A stretch of DNA of 64,000 bases from Octopus sinensis (lineage: Eukaryota): positions 108,314,001-108,378,000 of the forward strand of contig NC_042997.1 of assembly GCF_006345805.1 (NCBI RefSeq). The letters run 5' to 3'. This document shows positions 49,943 to 62,897 of this stretch, in pieces (positions within the stretch are counted from its first letter, which is position 1; every line of letters starts with the position of its first letter). Under the pieces are notes generated by a model. That model saw nothing but the letters and a program-made list of their open reading frames with translations, made no database searches and had not been told where the DNA came from. The position numbers were made by a program, and so were the translations under genes.

Positions 49943-50184
49943 ATGTCTGTAATATCTTAATAGTTGGTCATGCTGGTAGTTTAGATGTGTGTACACGCCA
50001 GTTACTAGGAAAAGCTCCACGTTCTGTGGGAGGATTTCATGAAATTCTTCCGTACGTTCCATGTTGTTCAATGTGTTGCTGTGTTGAAGATCCTCTCACC
50101 AAAAAATGGAGAATGAAGGAACCACCAGTTCCTCCTATCACACATGTAGCCAACAAAAAATATAACTGGAAAACACTAATATAA
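49943..50184 (+). CDS. UBASH3: UBASH3-like last coding exon (DVCNILIVGHAGSLDVCTRQLLGKAPR...KEPPVPPITHVANKKYNWKTLI*)
   Basis: Acceptor ctctttcag|; NILIVxHAxSL distal His motif and C-terminal PPxPPxTH..NW motif; TAA at 50182-50184. Confidence 0.94.
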
Positions 50185-50185
50185 A

Positions 50186-50191
50186 AATAAA
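50186..50191 (+). promoter_or_regulatory. AATAAA immediately after the stop codon (possible proximal polyadenylation signal)
   Basis: Hexamer seen directly; use is unproven and the motif is common in AT-rich DNA. Confidence 0.25.
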
Positions 50192-50865
50192 GTAAGTTCC
50201 ATATCCTGTAGCACAATGCAAAACGTGTTTCCTTTTTTTTTTTTCCGTAAGAAAACCAAAATGGGTTGATGTTACAGGAATGTGGGTGGGGTGTAATTTT
50301 AAAACCAAGTCAATATTTCTATGTTTCGGCTGCTTCGTTTCATGATTTTGGTTTTTGATAATCATGGAAGTTTCCAAGATGAAAATCCCCTAAACAAACA
50401 TTTGGTTCCCCTGCTCTGTAAACCTTATAAAACGCAATCTATTTTTTAGAAGATTGTCAACACATAAAACTCTGTTTCCTTTGAATTTTATTTTTATTTC
50501 TAGATATTTTTTTTTTGTCTTCAAAATTTTAAAATTCTCTTACTCTCTAATTAAACTGATAAAACTTACCATGTAATTAAATTGATTAAACAAATTTGTA
50601 TGGCCCTCCCCCCATCTTCTAAAATACTCTACAAGTAGGTTCTATATTTAAAATATGATGCCCAACTTTTCCATTGCAGTTCACAAATGGTTTTGTTCTT
50701 TGTTGATGAATTAAGAATTCCGTAATTATTAATATTTTTCAAAAAAAATTCCTCAAAAGTTCTGCATTAAATACCTGTAAATAACAGAATGGTGAGAAAG
50801 GTTTGGGGCTGAGGTAGCAGCAGATGTGCTTCTTAAACTCTTTACAAAGATACTAACAAAAATGG

Positions 50866-50901
<36 letters not shown>

Positions 50902-51584
50902 GTCAATATTTTTATAACATTCTTCTTCACAGTTTATATTTCTTTAATTTTCTCCCTTCGCCTCCTTTTTTCTCCCCTTCATTTATTTGCTCCCTGATAA
51001 ATCTTTCACTGCTTCATCTTTGTATATATATAAATATTTTTTTTTCCTTTCATTAATATTATTTTATATTCTCTCTTCTCTCTATCCTCCTCCCCTCCCT
51101 TGTTAGCAGTGATTTAACACCAATAATTTTAAAGAACACTGCTAAACTGTATTCCTGTCGTCATCATCATCATCATCATTATTATTATCATTATTATTAT
51201 TATTATTATTATTAACATCGTCATCATCTTAGTAGGCAGCTTTACGTCCAGTGTCATGTCAATATTGACGTCTGTCTGTAAGTTCTGAAGGTTGGATAGG
51301 AACAGGTTTGTAACCCTTATATGGATACCTTAGACATTTCATTTCTCTGTTAGATCTACAAACATGGCTGAAGGTAACTCCTCCCTCAATGCGATACACA
51401 TATTGTGTATCCAGTTGTAAACTCTCAACTGAAATATAACTCTCTTAACATAGTTTAGAAATTCCTGTCAAACATTTCTTTCAGAAAGAATGTTCCATCA
51501 TTCCGTTGCTTCTCCTCTGCCAAATTCTAAGATATTACTTACAATGGAAGAATCTAAATAATAATAATAATGAAATAATAATAA

Positions 51585-51625
51585 TAATAATGAAATTATT
51601 GTATACAGTGCTCAGGTGCACCACA
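51585..51625 (-). mobile_element. Extreme 3' end of a CR1-group LINE
   Basis: Reverse complement of GCACCTGAGCACTGTATACAATAATTTCATTATT seen at about 39955-39990. Confidence 0.8.
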
Positions 51626-52744
51626 ACAAAAAGAAAACAGTTAAGGATTTAATTAACAATTTATACAGGTTCTGGTGAGGATCGAACTCACAACCTCTGC
51701 ATGTAAAGCAAATGTGATAATCACTACATCATAGAACCTTGCAACTGATTTAGTGTCATAAATGTTTTCGGTTGTATTGACGCTACTCAAAGATTCTTTT
51801 GGGTCTTTATGAAGTAAATTTTGAGAGGGCAGTTTTGTTGAGGCCATTCCACCTGAACTCTGCAATATTAATTAAAACAATGGTTAATTAAACATTACGT
51901 ACTGCAGTTTATAGCAGCAAGCTGTAATTAAATGTTGCTAATTAATCTGTTTCTTGTAATAAACTGTAAAAGTGGAATATATTATTAGAGCCAGGTGATC
52001 CGAGCTGCTCCAGAAGGAAGTCTGTTGGTCATTCGCAAAACAATGTGATTGATGAGAAACTAAAGTGATCAGAAACTCTTTTGTTGGCCAGCTGGAGCAA
52101 TCAGGTCAGTAAAGTTTCAAATTTAATTATTTGAACTTTACATGATTCTTAAATTATTTTTCTAGGTTAGAACAACAATACTCTGTTCTGTTAAATAAAT
52201 ATTGGCAACGAGGCATTTTAACAGATACTACTTATTAAACCGTTGAGATCCTGAGTGTTTGATGCCAGGATACACAGTCCATACCTCTTAATGAAAGATG
52301 ATACAAATGAAAATGGTAGAGATTGAACACCAACACAATCACCTATAAGTTCGTTAACCAAACAAGACAAAGTCATTAGCTATTATCTAGATATCCAGTG
52401 TTTTGTCATTTCGGTCCTCATACTTGCTTATTTCTATCTCTGTGGTCATTAAATATCTATCTGGTAACAGCCTGTCTCAGATTAGGAGTTTTGCTTAAAA
52501 ACCTTGCTTCATTTCAATATATAACTAGACTACACTGAATGCTAAAACATATATGTGTTTAACTGATGTCTGTGTATCTGTGTAAATACACACACACACA
52601 CTTTACACCATGATAGGAACATGTCAGTTCATGTTACTGTTAAGTTTCAAAATCACTCAACACAATTCACTGCTTATCATGCTACATGGTTGGTTATATA
52701 CATGTTTCACTCACCGAAGCAGATGAGCCAACCACATGTGGTAA

Positions 52745-53640
52745 GTATTCAACTGCTCTTTAACATGTGACCCAGTACAACCTGTCACATGGTTGGGTCG
52801 TTGGCGACTAAACTGGCAACCCTACCAAGCTTTCTTGGTGAGGAGGGTGATTGTTGGACACCCTGCGGGACGAAAAATAAGACCCGTCAAAGGGTGGAGG
52901 AACTACTGTGTAGACAATGGCCAATTCAACAAGTACCTTATCGCGGTGAAGTGCCTGTGTGCTCCATTGACCCAGAGAGTTATGCTGGAGGGAGAGAAAT
53001 CTTCAGGCAGGTCTTACCATTCCAGGTGGGTTGAAGGGTAGGAGATAGACAAAACCTTAACCATTAGAGGAGTAAACTTCAGTGACAAAGCGTTGGCAGT
53101 AGGGTGTGGATTTAGTTATTAGCAGGGGACCCAACAGGTCAGATTCCTGGCTTTGAACTAACAGGATGTCATGCAGAGGATCTTGAATACAAGACAATGG
53201 ATGAGACCTTAATATTCCTAGTTAGATGGAAACTACGGGACCACATAGAGCAGCACCCATGACTCCTATAGTCAGTGGCGAACTGGATCTAAAAATATTG
53301 GTTACCAGGAGACTAAGAGGGTCCATCCAAAACTACAAGGGGCCCCACCCACAACTACAATGCTATTGTTTAAATTTTTTTTTGTTTTGTTAAAAGTATT
53401 CTTTTCAACTGTCTACATACACAGCCAGGCTGAAATAATTAATGCATTCTTCCAGGAGTGAATAAAAAATTCTGAAACTTGAGGGGATAGGCCCCCTTAG
53501 ATACTAACATGGGCCCCCATATATGGATTCTAATGATGCAGGGGCCCACTTGCCATTGGGCAATCTGGCAACCTGGCCAGTCCACCACTACCTATAGTAT
53601 GCACAACTGAAACCCCAAGGGTGTCCTGTGGGACGATCTA
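52745..53640 (+). mobile_element. GC-richer repeat, probably an RTE-like 5' region, interrupted by a hAT MITE
   Basis: Composition contrast and remembered RTE 5' UTR-like motifs (GGCGACTAAACTGGCAACCC); not verifiable here. Confidence 0.35.
53273..53590. mobile_element. hAT-like MITE
   Basis: Imperfect TIRs CAGTGGCGAACTGG / CCAGTCCACCACTA and a perfect 8-bp TSD CCTATAGT (53265-53272, 53591-53598). Confidence 0.88.
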
Positions 53641-55121
53641 GATAGACAGATAGAAAAATAGATAGATCGATTGACTACTTTCAGTGGCTTTGATTCATTT
53701 TAAAAACTAATAGTAACACAGATTGATAATTTACTATACAAGCAAGCCGAAACTTCAAAGCCACTGTCAAACCTTTCTTTGTAAAAAGTTGACATATATA
53801 CATGAATGATCTATGAATATAATAAATATAGATCCAAAAATATGTATATATGATTGTATCTACGTATGCCTCTATATGAGTGAATATATATCTGTATATA
53901 TATGTGTGTATATATCTAAGTACATATGTATATAAATATATGTAGATGTATATACCTATGTATGTATGTAGAGAAAAGGAAAGAGAGAGAGAAGATACTC
54001 CTCTGGTTTTTCCTGTAAATAAGTTTGTTCTTTTTCCTTATTTTCTAAGAAAAATCAGTCATAGCAACCAGTGGGTGATGTCATTGGACAGTTATGATGT
54101 CATACACATTATGTAGTCCTGTAAGATCTGTCTCAGTAAGATCTATCATAGTGAACACTCTATGACAGTGTCTGCTTGTCGTAATTGTTTCCTTTTGTGT
54201 CTTGCTCACTCATTATTCACAATTTACTCTGACCAAATTCTAAAAGCACTCAAACCACATCGTCTACCCCCTTCCCCCCCCCATTAAACCCATTCTCTCT
54301 ACTCCCTCCACACCATTAAACACTGTCTCAACATACATTTTTATCATTTATCAGTATTTTTGTTTGACTTATTCAATTTTATTGGGTTTTTTTTTTTTAC
54401 TTCAAAATACCAAACTGGTTTTCATTTTTTTCTGTTAAAAATATTTCCTTGTTAAAATCTATCTCTGTTAAAACATGAATAAAATCCATCTTTTCTCACT
54501 TTTAAAACGACTTAAAATCTACTTTTTTATTTTCTTATTTGTTTTATTTTGTATTTTGTTTCAAGTCACTCCTCATTTTCTTTATTTATTTCATTATTCA
54601 TTTGGTATAATTTGTGTTGTTTTTTTTTTAAATAATACATTAAAATTTTTAAAATATTACTTAAGCTACTTTTATTTGTATTTACACACACACACACACA
54701 CACACATTCATATTTACATCTGTTTTTCCATGCTAGCATGGGTCAGATGAATATATTAGTGAAGTATTACTTTCCAGCTGGACGCTCTTCCCGTCATTAA
54801 CTCTTGCCTGTTTTTCATATAAGAGATCTATTTCACACAGCTTTGAAGACACAAAGCCAGCAGAAGATCTGCTGACAAGTGAAACGACAGCAACCTCAGC
54901 AACTGTGGGTCCGAGATTTCCAGAAGTGCAAACGTAAACACACACACACGAAACAGGCTTCTTTCAGATTGTGTCTCCTAAATCCACTATTAGATATTTC
55001 TACTTGTAGACATTATCAGATTCAGAACGCAGTGTGTGTGTGTGCATGAAATCATTGTTTCACATCTACTTTCCATGCTGGCATGGGTTAGGAGGGTCAT
55101 GACAACTGAAGTCCCTCCTGT

Positions 55122-55492
55122 TTTACATTTGACGGATATTTGTCCTCATCTTGTTTGTTGTTAACACAGCATTTTGATTGATATACCCTCCAGCCTTTAT
55201 CAGGTGTCTTGGGGAAATTTCGAACCTGGGTTCTCATTCCTAAGGTATTTTTCGATGTTATTATTATTATTCAGGTCACTGCCTGGAATCGATCTTGGAA
55301 TCTTAGGGTTAGTAGCCTGTACTACTACTACTAATAATAATGATAATAATAATAACATTGAAAAATACCTTAGGAATGAGAACCCAGGCTCTAAGTTTCC
55401 CCAAGACACCTGAAGAAGGCTGGAGGGTATATCAGCCGAAACATGTTAACAACAATCAAGATAAGGACAAATATTCGTCAAATGTAAATAAT
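55122..55492. mobile_element. Hammerhead-tail element, copy 3: minus copy with partial tRNA-like head plus inverted tail copy
   Basis: 55122-55320 (minus) and about 55345-55492 (plus) are inverted over about 150 bp; cores at 55163-55208 (minus) and 55405-55447 (plus, CTGAAGA-AGGCTG..CAGCC-GAAA). Confidence 0.88.
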
Positions 55493-55999
55493 AAACATAC
55501 ATACATATCATGTGGTCAACCAGCCTATTAGATGTTGTTATACATTGCTGGTCACAATGTATAAGCAGATGATGATGATGATGATTAGAAATGCTATCAC
55601 TTCCTTTTCTGGAGTTTAGAAAATAAGTTTTAACAGCAAACCTAGTCCTGTTGTATCATTTAACTTTATGAGAATTTCAAATTAATCAATAATATTCCGA
55701 ATTAAACTAATCCAATGAAATGGCAGAGCCATTAGCAGAATAAGCAAAATCTTTTGCAGCTTTTCATGTCTTTACATTCCGAGTTCAAATTCCACTGAGG
55801 TTGTCTTTGGCTTTCGTCCTTTCTGGGTCAACAAAATAAGTACCAGTTGAGCACTGGGGTTGACTTACAACCCCAACTCTTCCTCGAAACTGCTGGCCTT
55901 GTGCCAAAATTTGAAACCAGTGTAGTAAACGGAGACTAAGATTGATAAATTTTCTGGGAGTTCCATATTTTTTACGGGCAAAATATTTGACTCAATAAA

Positions 56000-56360
56000 T
56001 ATAGGTGAGGCTGCATGGTAAGAAGTTTGCTTGTTGACCACAAGGTTCCGGGTTCAGTCCCACGCTGTGGCAACTTGGGCAAGTGTCTTCTATTATAGCC
56101 TCAGGCCAAACCAAAGCCTTGTGAGTGGATTTGGTCGATGGAAACAGAAAGAAGCCTGTTGTGTATATGTGTGTGTTTGTTTGTCCCCCTACACACACAC
56201 TGCTTGACAAGAGGTGTTGGTTGGTTTACATCCCTGTTGTTCAGCAAAAGAACTAATAGAATAACGACCAGGATTATGAAAATAACTCCTGTGATCTGTT
56301 TGACTCGATTCCCTTCAAGGTGGTGCTCCAGCATGGCTGCTGCAGTCTCATGATTAAAAG
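56000..56360 (+). mobile_element. SINE family A
   Basis: Homologous to 25077-25490. Confidence 0.8.
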
Positions 56361-56614
56361 AGGAATCCTTTATTTTCTTTCATGTTTTGCATCCAACAAT
56401 TTGTCTCAGTTACCAATATTGGTTTGCTTAATTCTTCTGTATTCTAAACAATGGCCTGTTGCAGAGCTTCAATTCTTGCCACCAATTTCCTCCAAATATA
56501 CAAAAACACTTTGAACGAAATATTTCAACCATTTTTTCAGGCGGTTCAGTGGTTGATGCTCATTAGCAGGTAATGGTCTCTTTGTATTTTATTTAATAAA
56601 TATATTTCTTCTTT

Positions 56615-57030
56615 TATCATTTGTTTTAGTCTTGACACTGTGGCCATGCTGGGGCACTGCCTTGAAGAAAATTTAGTCAAAGGAAACAACCCCAGTACTT
56701 ATTTTTCTTTAAAAAAAAAGAAGGCTGGTACTTATCAGTCTCTTTTGCCAAACCACTAAGTTACAGTGACATAAATACACCAACACTGGTTGTCAGACAG
56801 GAGGGGAGGGGACACACACAGAGATATGCACTTGTGTGTGTGTATACACATACATATATATACACAACAGGCTTCTTTCAGTTTCCATCTACCAAATCTA
56901 TTCACAAGACTTTGGTCAATCCAAGACCATAATACAAGATGCTTGCCCAAGGTGCCACACAAAGGGACTGAACCCAGAACCATGTGGTTAGGAAGCAAGC
57001 TTCTTACCACACAGCCACACCTGCGCCTAT
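56615..57030 (-). mobile_element. SINE family A, near full length, inverted relative to 56000-56360
   Basis: Reverse complement of the family A head and body. Confidence 0.85.
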
Positions 57031-57789
57031 GTTTGTTTAACATTTCATAAGTATTTAACTAAACTACAATTTCTTATCATCCTCAGCAGTTTCAACCTAA
57101 AGATTCGTGTAGTCTGCAAATGGCAGACATTAAAATCTTCGCACCATCCATTCGCATCTTTTTATCCTTAAAGTTAAGAACCTGTTGGAAGTTTTATGTT
57201 GCTTTTCACTAATTCAAATTCCATTAAAAAATATCGTCTAACCATCCAACCCATGCCAGCATGGAATGCGGACGTTAAACGATGATGATGTACCAGTTAT
57301 GTACTGAATTCCATCCAGTCAGCCACACCCAGCCTTGTGTAGTTTTGTACCATTGTAAGGAATTCTTGCTGAGGCACTGTCCTTGAAAGTCTGCAGACTG
57401 ATTTGGTTTAAAGGCTTCAGTACAACAATGGATGTTGCAGTGTGGAGATGGAATTCCTCAGACATTTTGCAAAGGGAAAATATGCTGACATCTTTTATAG
57501 AAACAGAAATATCAAAATATTAAACTCAGATGTTTTTGGAAGAAGAAGACTTGAAATTTTCTTTAAGAAACCAGATTTTCTTCTTTCATTATTCCATTTG
57601 CCATTGTTTAATGGTAGATTAACAAAATCGTTAAAGCATCAGACGAAATGTATTGCAATATTTGATAAGTGTTGCCCAACCACATGGTTCTTGGTTCAGT
57701 CCCATGAGTGGATTTGGTAGGCAGAAACTGAAAGAAGCCTGTCGTGTGTATGTATATATATATTTATATATATATATATATATATAACA

Positions 57790-58255
57790 CAAAGTAAGTT
57801 AGGGGTTATGGGTGTAACCCACTAAGGGATAGTATTTATCCAATATACTGTTGGTAATGTACCCAGATTCTTAATACATAAATGTTTTTAACTGCAATGC
57901 AATTAACTCATTCATTGTATTAAACGGGTGAAGGTAAAGAAATATTTTTACCATTAATTTATAATGCAAATAAGAAAATGGAGAAACAATTTAGTTGGTT
58001 CATCAGCTTTCAGATATTAGAATGTTGAATTATTTATTCATTTAACAAAAATGAGAATCTTAATAGCATACATATATACATTATAATTCAATACATATAA
58101 GATAAAAATACAATTATAAAAATCATAAAATAAATTATTGAAATCATTAAAATCACTCCTTACAGCTGTTTCAGCCTATGGATAAAAATAGGGGTTTTTT
58201 TGCCTATAGTTGTCAATTATATTGAGGTTGTAGGCATTTAAAAATAGGGTACTTA
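57790..58255. mobile_element. (TA)n-embedded element related to 24692-25735
   Basis: Shares GGGGTT.TG.GTG.AACCCAC...ATCCAATATACTG...GGTGAAGGTAAA...AAGAAAATGGAGAAA and TTACAGCTGTTTCAGCC (58160-58176). Confidence 0.75.
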
Positions 58256-58620
58256 TATATATAACCCCTCCTTCCCACATTATGCTTGACTGCCAGTGTA
58301 TTGTTGTGTTTACATTTCCCCTAACTTGGTTCATAAAAACAGACTGATAGAATTACTACCAAGCTGGGGCATGGAATTCTTTGCAAAATATCCTGTGCCC
58401 CAGCATGGCCACAGTCTCATGACTGAAACAAATCAAAGATAGAAGACAAAGATGACTCTTTACATTTTCTGAGTTCAAATCCTGCTGAGATTAACTCTCT
58501 TTCATCTCTGGTGTTAGTAAAATAAGTACCAGTCATGTACTGGGGTTCAGTGCAATCAATCAACTCCCTTCTCTCAAATTTTGGGCCCTGTTCTTATATT
58601 GGAAATAATACTTGCAGATC

Positions 58621-58809
58621 TTGTGGTGTCTTGGGAGGGTCATTACACCAATAATAATAATAACACATGCATTGGTACAATATGACTTCTTTATTGTTAG
58701 TTAATCGTTTAAATATCTAACCAACCAATTGACTAACAATAAAGAAGTGATATTGAACCAGTGTGTGTGTTATTATTACTGGCATAATGACCCTCCCAAG
58801 GCATAACAA
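58621..58809. mobile_element. Short palindromic (hairpin) MITE-like element
   Basis: CTTGGGAGGGTCATTA...GACTTCTTTATTGTTAGT inverted by ACTAACAATAAAGAAGT...TAATGACCCTCCCAAG, loop of about 22 nt. Confidence 0.75.
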
Positions 58810-59724
58810 AATTTGCTTCAACACACGAATTCTCATCAAAAACGAAATGCTTGCAGAGTTTCTCTCAAAGACTGATTTATTATTTCATAAAAGACAGCAC
58901 CATCAGGAAGTTTGATTTCATCTTTCTAGATTCTCCTATTCGTTGTGACTGATTTTGTCCTTTATGTCTCCCTGAATCATTGAAATACATACCAGTAATA
59001 CATTGGGAGCCATTCATCTGGAAACTAGTGTGTGTATAAAACAGATATCAAGGCTTACAGAGTTATAAAAGATTGCGGCATTGGATTTCAAAAGTTCTAA
59101 CCAAGTGGTAACATTTCTGACAAGTTGGCAGAATCATTAGAAGAACACCAGACAAAATGCTTTGCAGTGTTTTGTCCATCTCTGTGTTCTGAGTTCAAAT
59201 GCTTCCAAGGTTGACTTAGTCTTTCATCCTTTGGGAATTACTAAGTACCAGTTGAATACTAGGGTTGATATAATCAACTTAACAGCTTCCCTGTAATTGC
59301 TAGCTTTGCGCCAAGATTGGAAGCTAATATTTCCTGTGAGTCTGTTTACTCTTTTTGGATACAAATTACTGAGAACTGGCTTCTCTTTCTTTCTTCTTAT
59401 TGGAGAGAGACAAACAAAATTTATTTTTACCTGGAATAAACTTTATCAAACAAGTTTTCTGAGAAACTCTTGTGTTTGGAGGTGTTGACTTGTTGCAATG
59501 GCTCTGAGGATGATTTCGATAGGAATCGTTTGAAAGAAGGTTCTGGTATTTTAGTTTCAAAGATTTTTCAATGGAAATTTCATAAGAATTTCTCTGCACT
59601 TTTAAATTTTTGTTTCAAAATTAAAAAATAACAGCAAAATTATTGACATTTTCAAATGTAGCAACATGTCAATTCGTTCTTAGTTTCTTTGTGTTCACAT
59701 TGTTTTGGAAAGTTCAAAAGCTTA

Positions 59725-59763
<39 letters not shown>

Positions 59764-62594
59764 CATGAAAGAACGTTTTCCAGTTGTAGTTGATGTTATG
59801 ATAATGATGATGATGATACCAAACTATACAAGCCAAAACTGTCATAGTCCTTTTTTTCCATTATATTTATGCCACTGTTATATAATATTATTATTATTAT
59901 TATTATTATTCTTTTTATTTATTTTACTGAAATTCTTTTCATTTGTTGAAAATTGCTTTCCTTTTATTATCTTTTAGCAATTGTTTTTGTTTACATTTCA
60001 AATTATTTTGGGTGAAATATCAAAATAAATTCTTCATTTTTCAACATTTAGATTTTAATGATTCAGACATTGCATTCAGTCCTTAGGCAAGGCTCTCACC
60101 TCTCCATATTTAATGTTTCATGATTAAAATGTTAATAAGTTGCAGAAAAAAAAAACATTTCTTTTTAGTGTTAGTTTTGTAAAGAAAAGTTGTGGTTTGA
60201 AGGAGGAGAAATGAGTTTTGACCTTTACTGGACACCACACACCCCTGCCCAGACACTGAGGTTTGGTTTGAACAACATTTACAATTTCTGCATAAAAACA
60301 GGAAGATTCCAGAGGAAACGGTACCTAACAGCAGCACCATTTCATAGATGTAAGTTGTACCCCATTGTAGGTCCATGTTAATGTATGTGGTGCAGCTGTC
60401 AGCTGGACTCCTGTGGTACTCTAGTGCTAGCCTAATGTAGGTGTGTATGGTCTCTGTAGAATCGGCCATCATTCTTTGGCACCTGACTCCAGTCCCGTCT
60501 TTGGATCACTTCAATGCAGAGTGTCATCTGCTCAATAATCAGAATAAATAATCACCCATCAGGACCATTTCTGATCCTATACTTGGTCTGTATCTACTGA
60601 TGGCTTTTGAGCCATTACTGTGGAAACTAGAGGACAAGATATTTTGTGACAGAGATTCCTGCACTGAGCAGAGGTGGTCAACTTTTGTTAGGCACACCTT
60701 TCCACGGCTCAAGTTTGGGCATTTGGCATCTGGAATACCATCATGTGTTCACCAATCTCTAGCAGTTGGGGTCAGTGGAACTTAGTGTCAATCAGGCAGA
60801 ATCGGTGGAGCATTGGCCAAAATATTCTGTGCTGCTTGCTTTGGTTTTTATTTTGGTTGGTTTTTTTGTGTTTTGAGTTCAAATCCCACTGGTTCATCAG
60901 TTTTTATTTTGTTTTGTGTGTGTGTGTGTTTTGAGTTCAAATTCCATTGGTTCATTGGTGTATTAGACAAAATTACTTTTTGTGGTTCTTTACATTCTGA
61001 GTTCAAATCCAACCAGACTCAACTTGTCCCTTCATCTTTTACCAATCAAATTCCAAGGTCAGTTTGTCTTCCCCCTCCCCTCAAGATTGCTGGCCTTGTG
61101 CCATGATTAATACAAATTATCATCATCATCATCATCTTATTTTTAATCAGTTTTCCTTCATTTTTTTCCTTATTTTCTTATTTTATTTCTTTTCTTTAGG
61201 TTTTATGCTGTTTTAAACCAAAACTTTAATTCAAAATTAACACATTTTTTAAATTATTAATTTCAAATTCTGCATAAACTTTTTCTATCACTGTTTTCAG
61301 AATTATTGTGCTTCATTTTTTTTTTCTGTTTCATTTTTTCCTATTTATAATATTCAAATCTGTTTAATTTAATCAAAACTAAGAATTGGAAAATATAATG
61401 ACTTAACAATATTCTTCAAGTGCTCTGATATTTATTTTTACTTTAATTATAAAAATGTGTTATTGTTAAATGCTCCACCAATTTTATTTTATTTATTTTT
61501 TTCTAGAAATACAAACTTAAAACGATTCATCAAATGTATAAAAATGTATAAAAAAACATGATAAGTAAAATTGGAACATTTTATAGTTTTCTTCAATTTT
61601 ACCACAATTGTTCCTGTTGATTGTAGCCTAACTTTTAATTCTTTATTTTTTAAAGGTCCATTATGATCAAAATAATTTGGCATTGGTTTTCATGTTTTGT
61701 CAACACTGTAAAAGTTTACAATTTAATTTTTAAAAATTGGTGATGAAAAAATGCAAAAAAAAAAACAAAACAAAATGGCTGAAGATTGAAGTTGATGTGA
61801 TCCAGATGATATCTATAGAATAATGCTTAACAATTGGTTAAAACATGGCTCCACAGTTTGATACTTGTTTTATATTTTTTATTCAGATGAAGTCTATTCT
61901 GCTCAAACTTCACTTTTAGTTTTCACCTCCTTCCCTTATATGAGAAATAAAATAAATGTTTAAGTTGATGAAGTATCGGACTAACTGCTTCAGATCCATC
62001 AACAGTTCAGCTCTACCACATAGCCATTTCATTTTGATCTGGGATAGATCGTGTATTTTACACTCTGACATTCATTTAGTTGATGGAAATCGATACATGA
62101 TCTGAAATTGTCTGATATTCCATCTATTAATTAGAGTGCTACTAATTATCAAATGATATGTAATTGATTAAATCTTCCTGGAGCTGTTGGAATTAGAAAC
62201 AGGATATTCTCAAATTGATTGAGGTTACAACTATGTACACTATATTCTGTAACTGACTAGCAACTCATTCAAAGAAAGATATTACTAACATTAGTATTGC
62301 TACTGAAAATGCAACTGGACTCTGCAAGATGTGGATAACAACAGTATTTTCTAACCATCTGTCGCCATTCCAAAGAATTGTCTGTTCTGATTCATCACTA
62401 ATAATAATAATAATAATAGTAATAATAATATTTTCATAAAACTTTTATGAAAGGACACATGTCAAATTAATCATCATCCTATGATGATGACATGTCAAGC
62501 TAATGAGTGGTTTTCACAAATGAAAATATTTACTGCTGAAGAGTTATTTAGAATAATAAAAATTAAAATAGGGTCTCTTCATGTAAATCGTACA

Positions 62595-62897
62595 CACACA
62601 CACACACACACACATACATATTTATAAATACATTCATTTACATTTATGAATGCATATATGTGTGTGTGTATAACTCTTACATTATGATTGTACACACACA
62701 CACAAATATATATGTGTGTGTGTATATATATATATGTGTGTGTGTATATATATATGTGTGTGTATATATATATATATATGTGTGTATATATATATGTGTG
62801 TATATATATATGTGTGTGTATATATATATATATATGTGTGTATATATATATATGTGTGTATATATATATGCATACATATATATTTGTGTATGTGTGT
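62595..62897. repeat. Compound (CA)n/(TA)n(TG)n microsatellite
   Basis: Direct; source of the YIYIHT/VCVY-type ORFs. Confidence 0.97.

Larger units (their letters stand above)
9819..50184 (+). other. UBASH3: UBASH3/Sts-1-like gene (UBA-2H phosphoesterase-SH3-histidine phosphatase), 5'-partial, 10 coding exons
   Basis: Ten GT-AG exons join in frame (phases 2-0-1-0-2-0-1-1-1-1) to 1693 nt ending in TAA at 50182-50184. Motifs WLLSH, PHITLC, LHMTLAY, DELELVEGD..GW, RHGER, SPALRCIQTA, IEPSLFEW and VGHAGSL occur in the family order. Confidence 0.95.

Noticed and set aside
58150-58225. Complete U3-A8 hammerhead on the minus strand (TTGACAA...GAAACAGCTGTA)
   Set aside because: Stem II is out of register by 3 nt and stem I does not pair; kept only as a half-motif
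57090-60349. Scattered exon-like open frames (minus about 57090-57182, 57350-57490, 58840-58930; plus about 60175-60349)
   Set aside because: No recognisable homology and phases do not chain into a gene model
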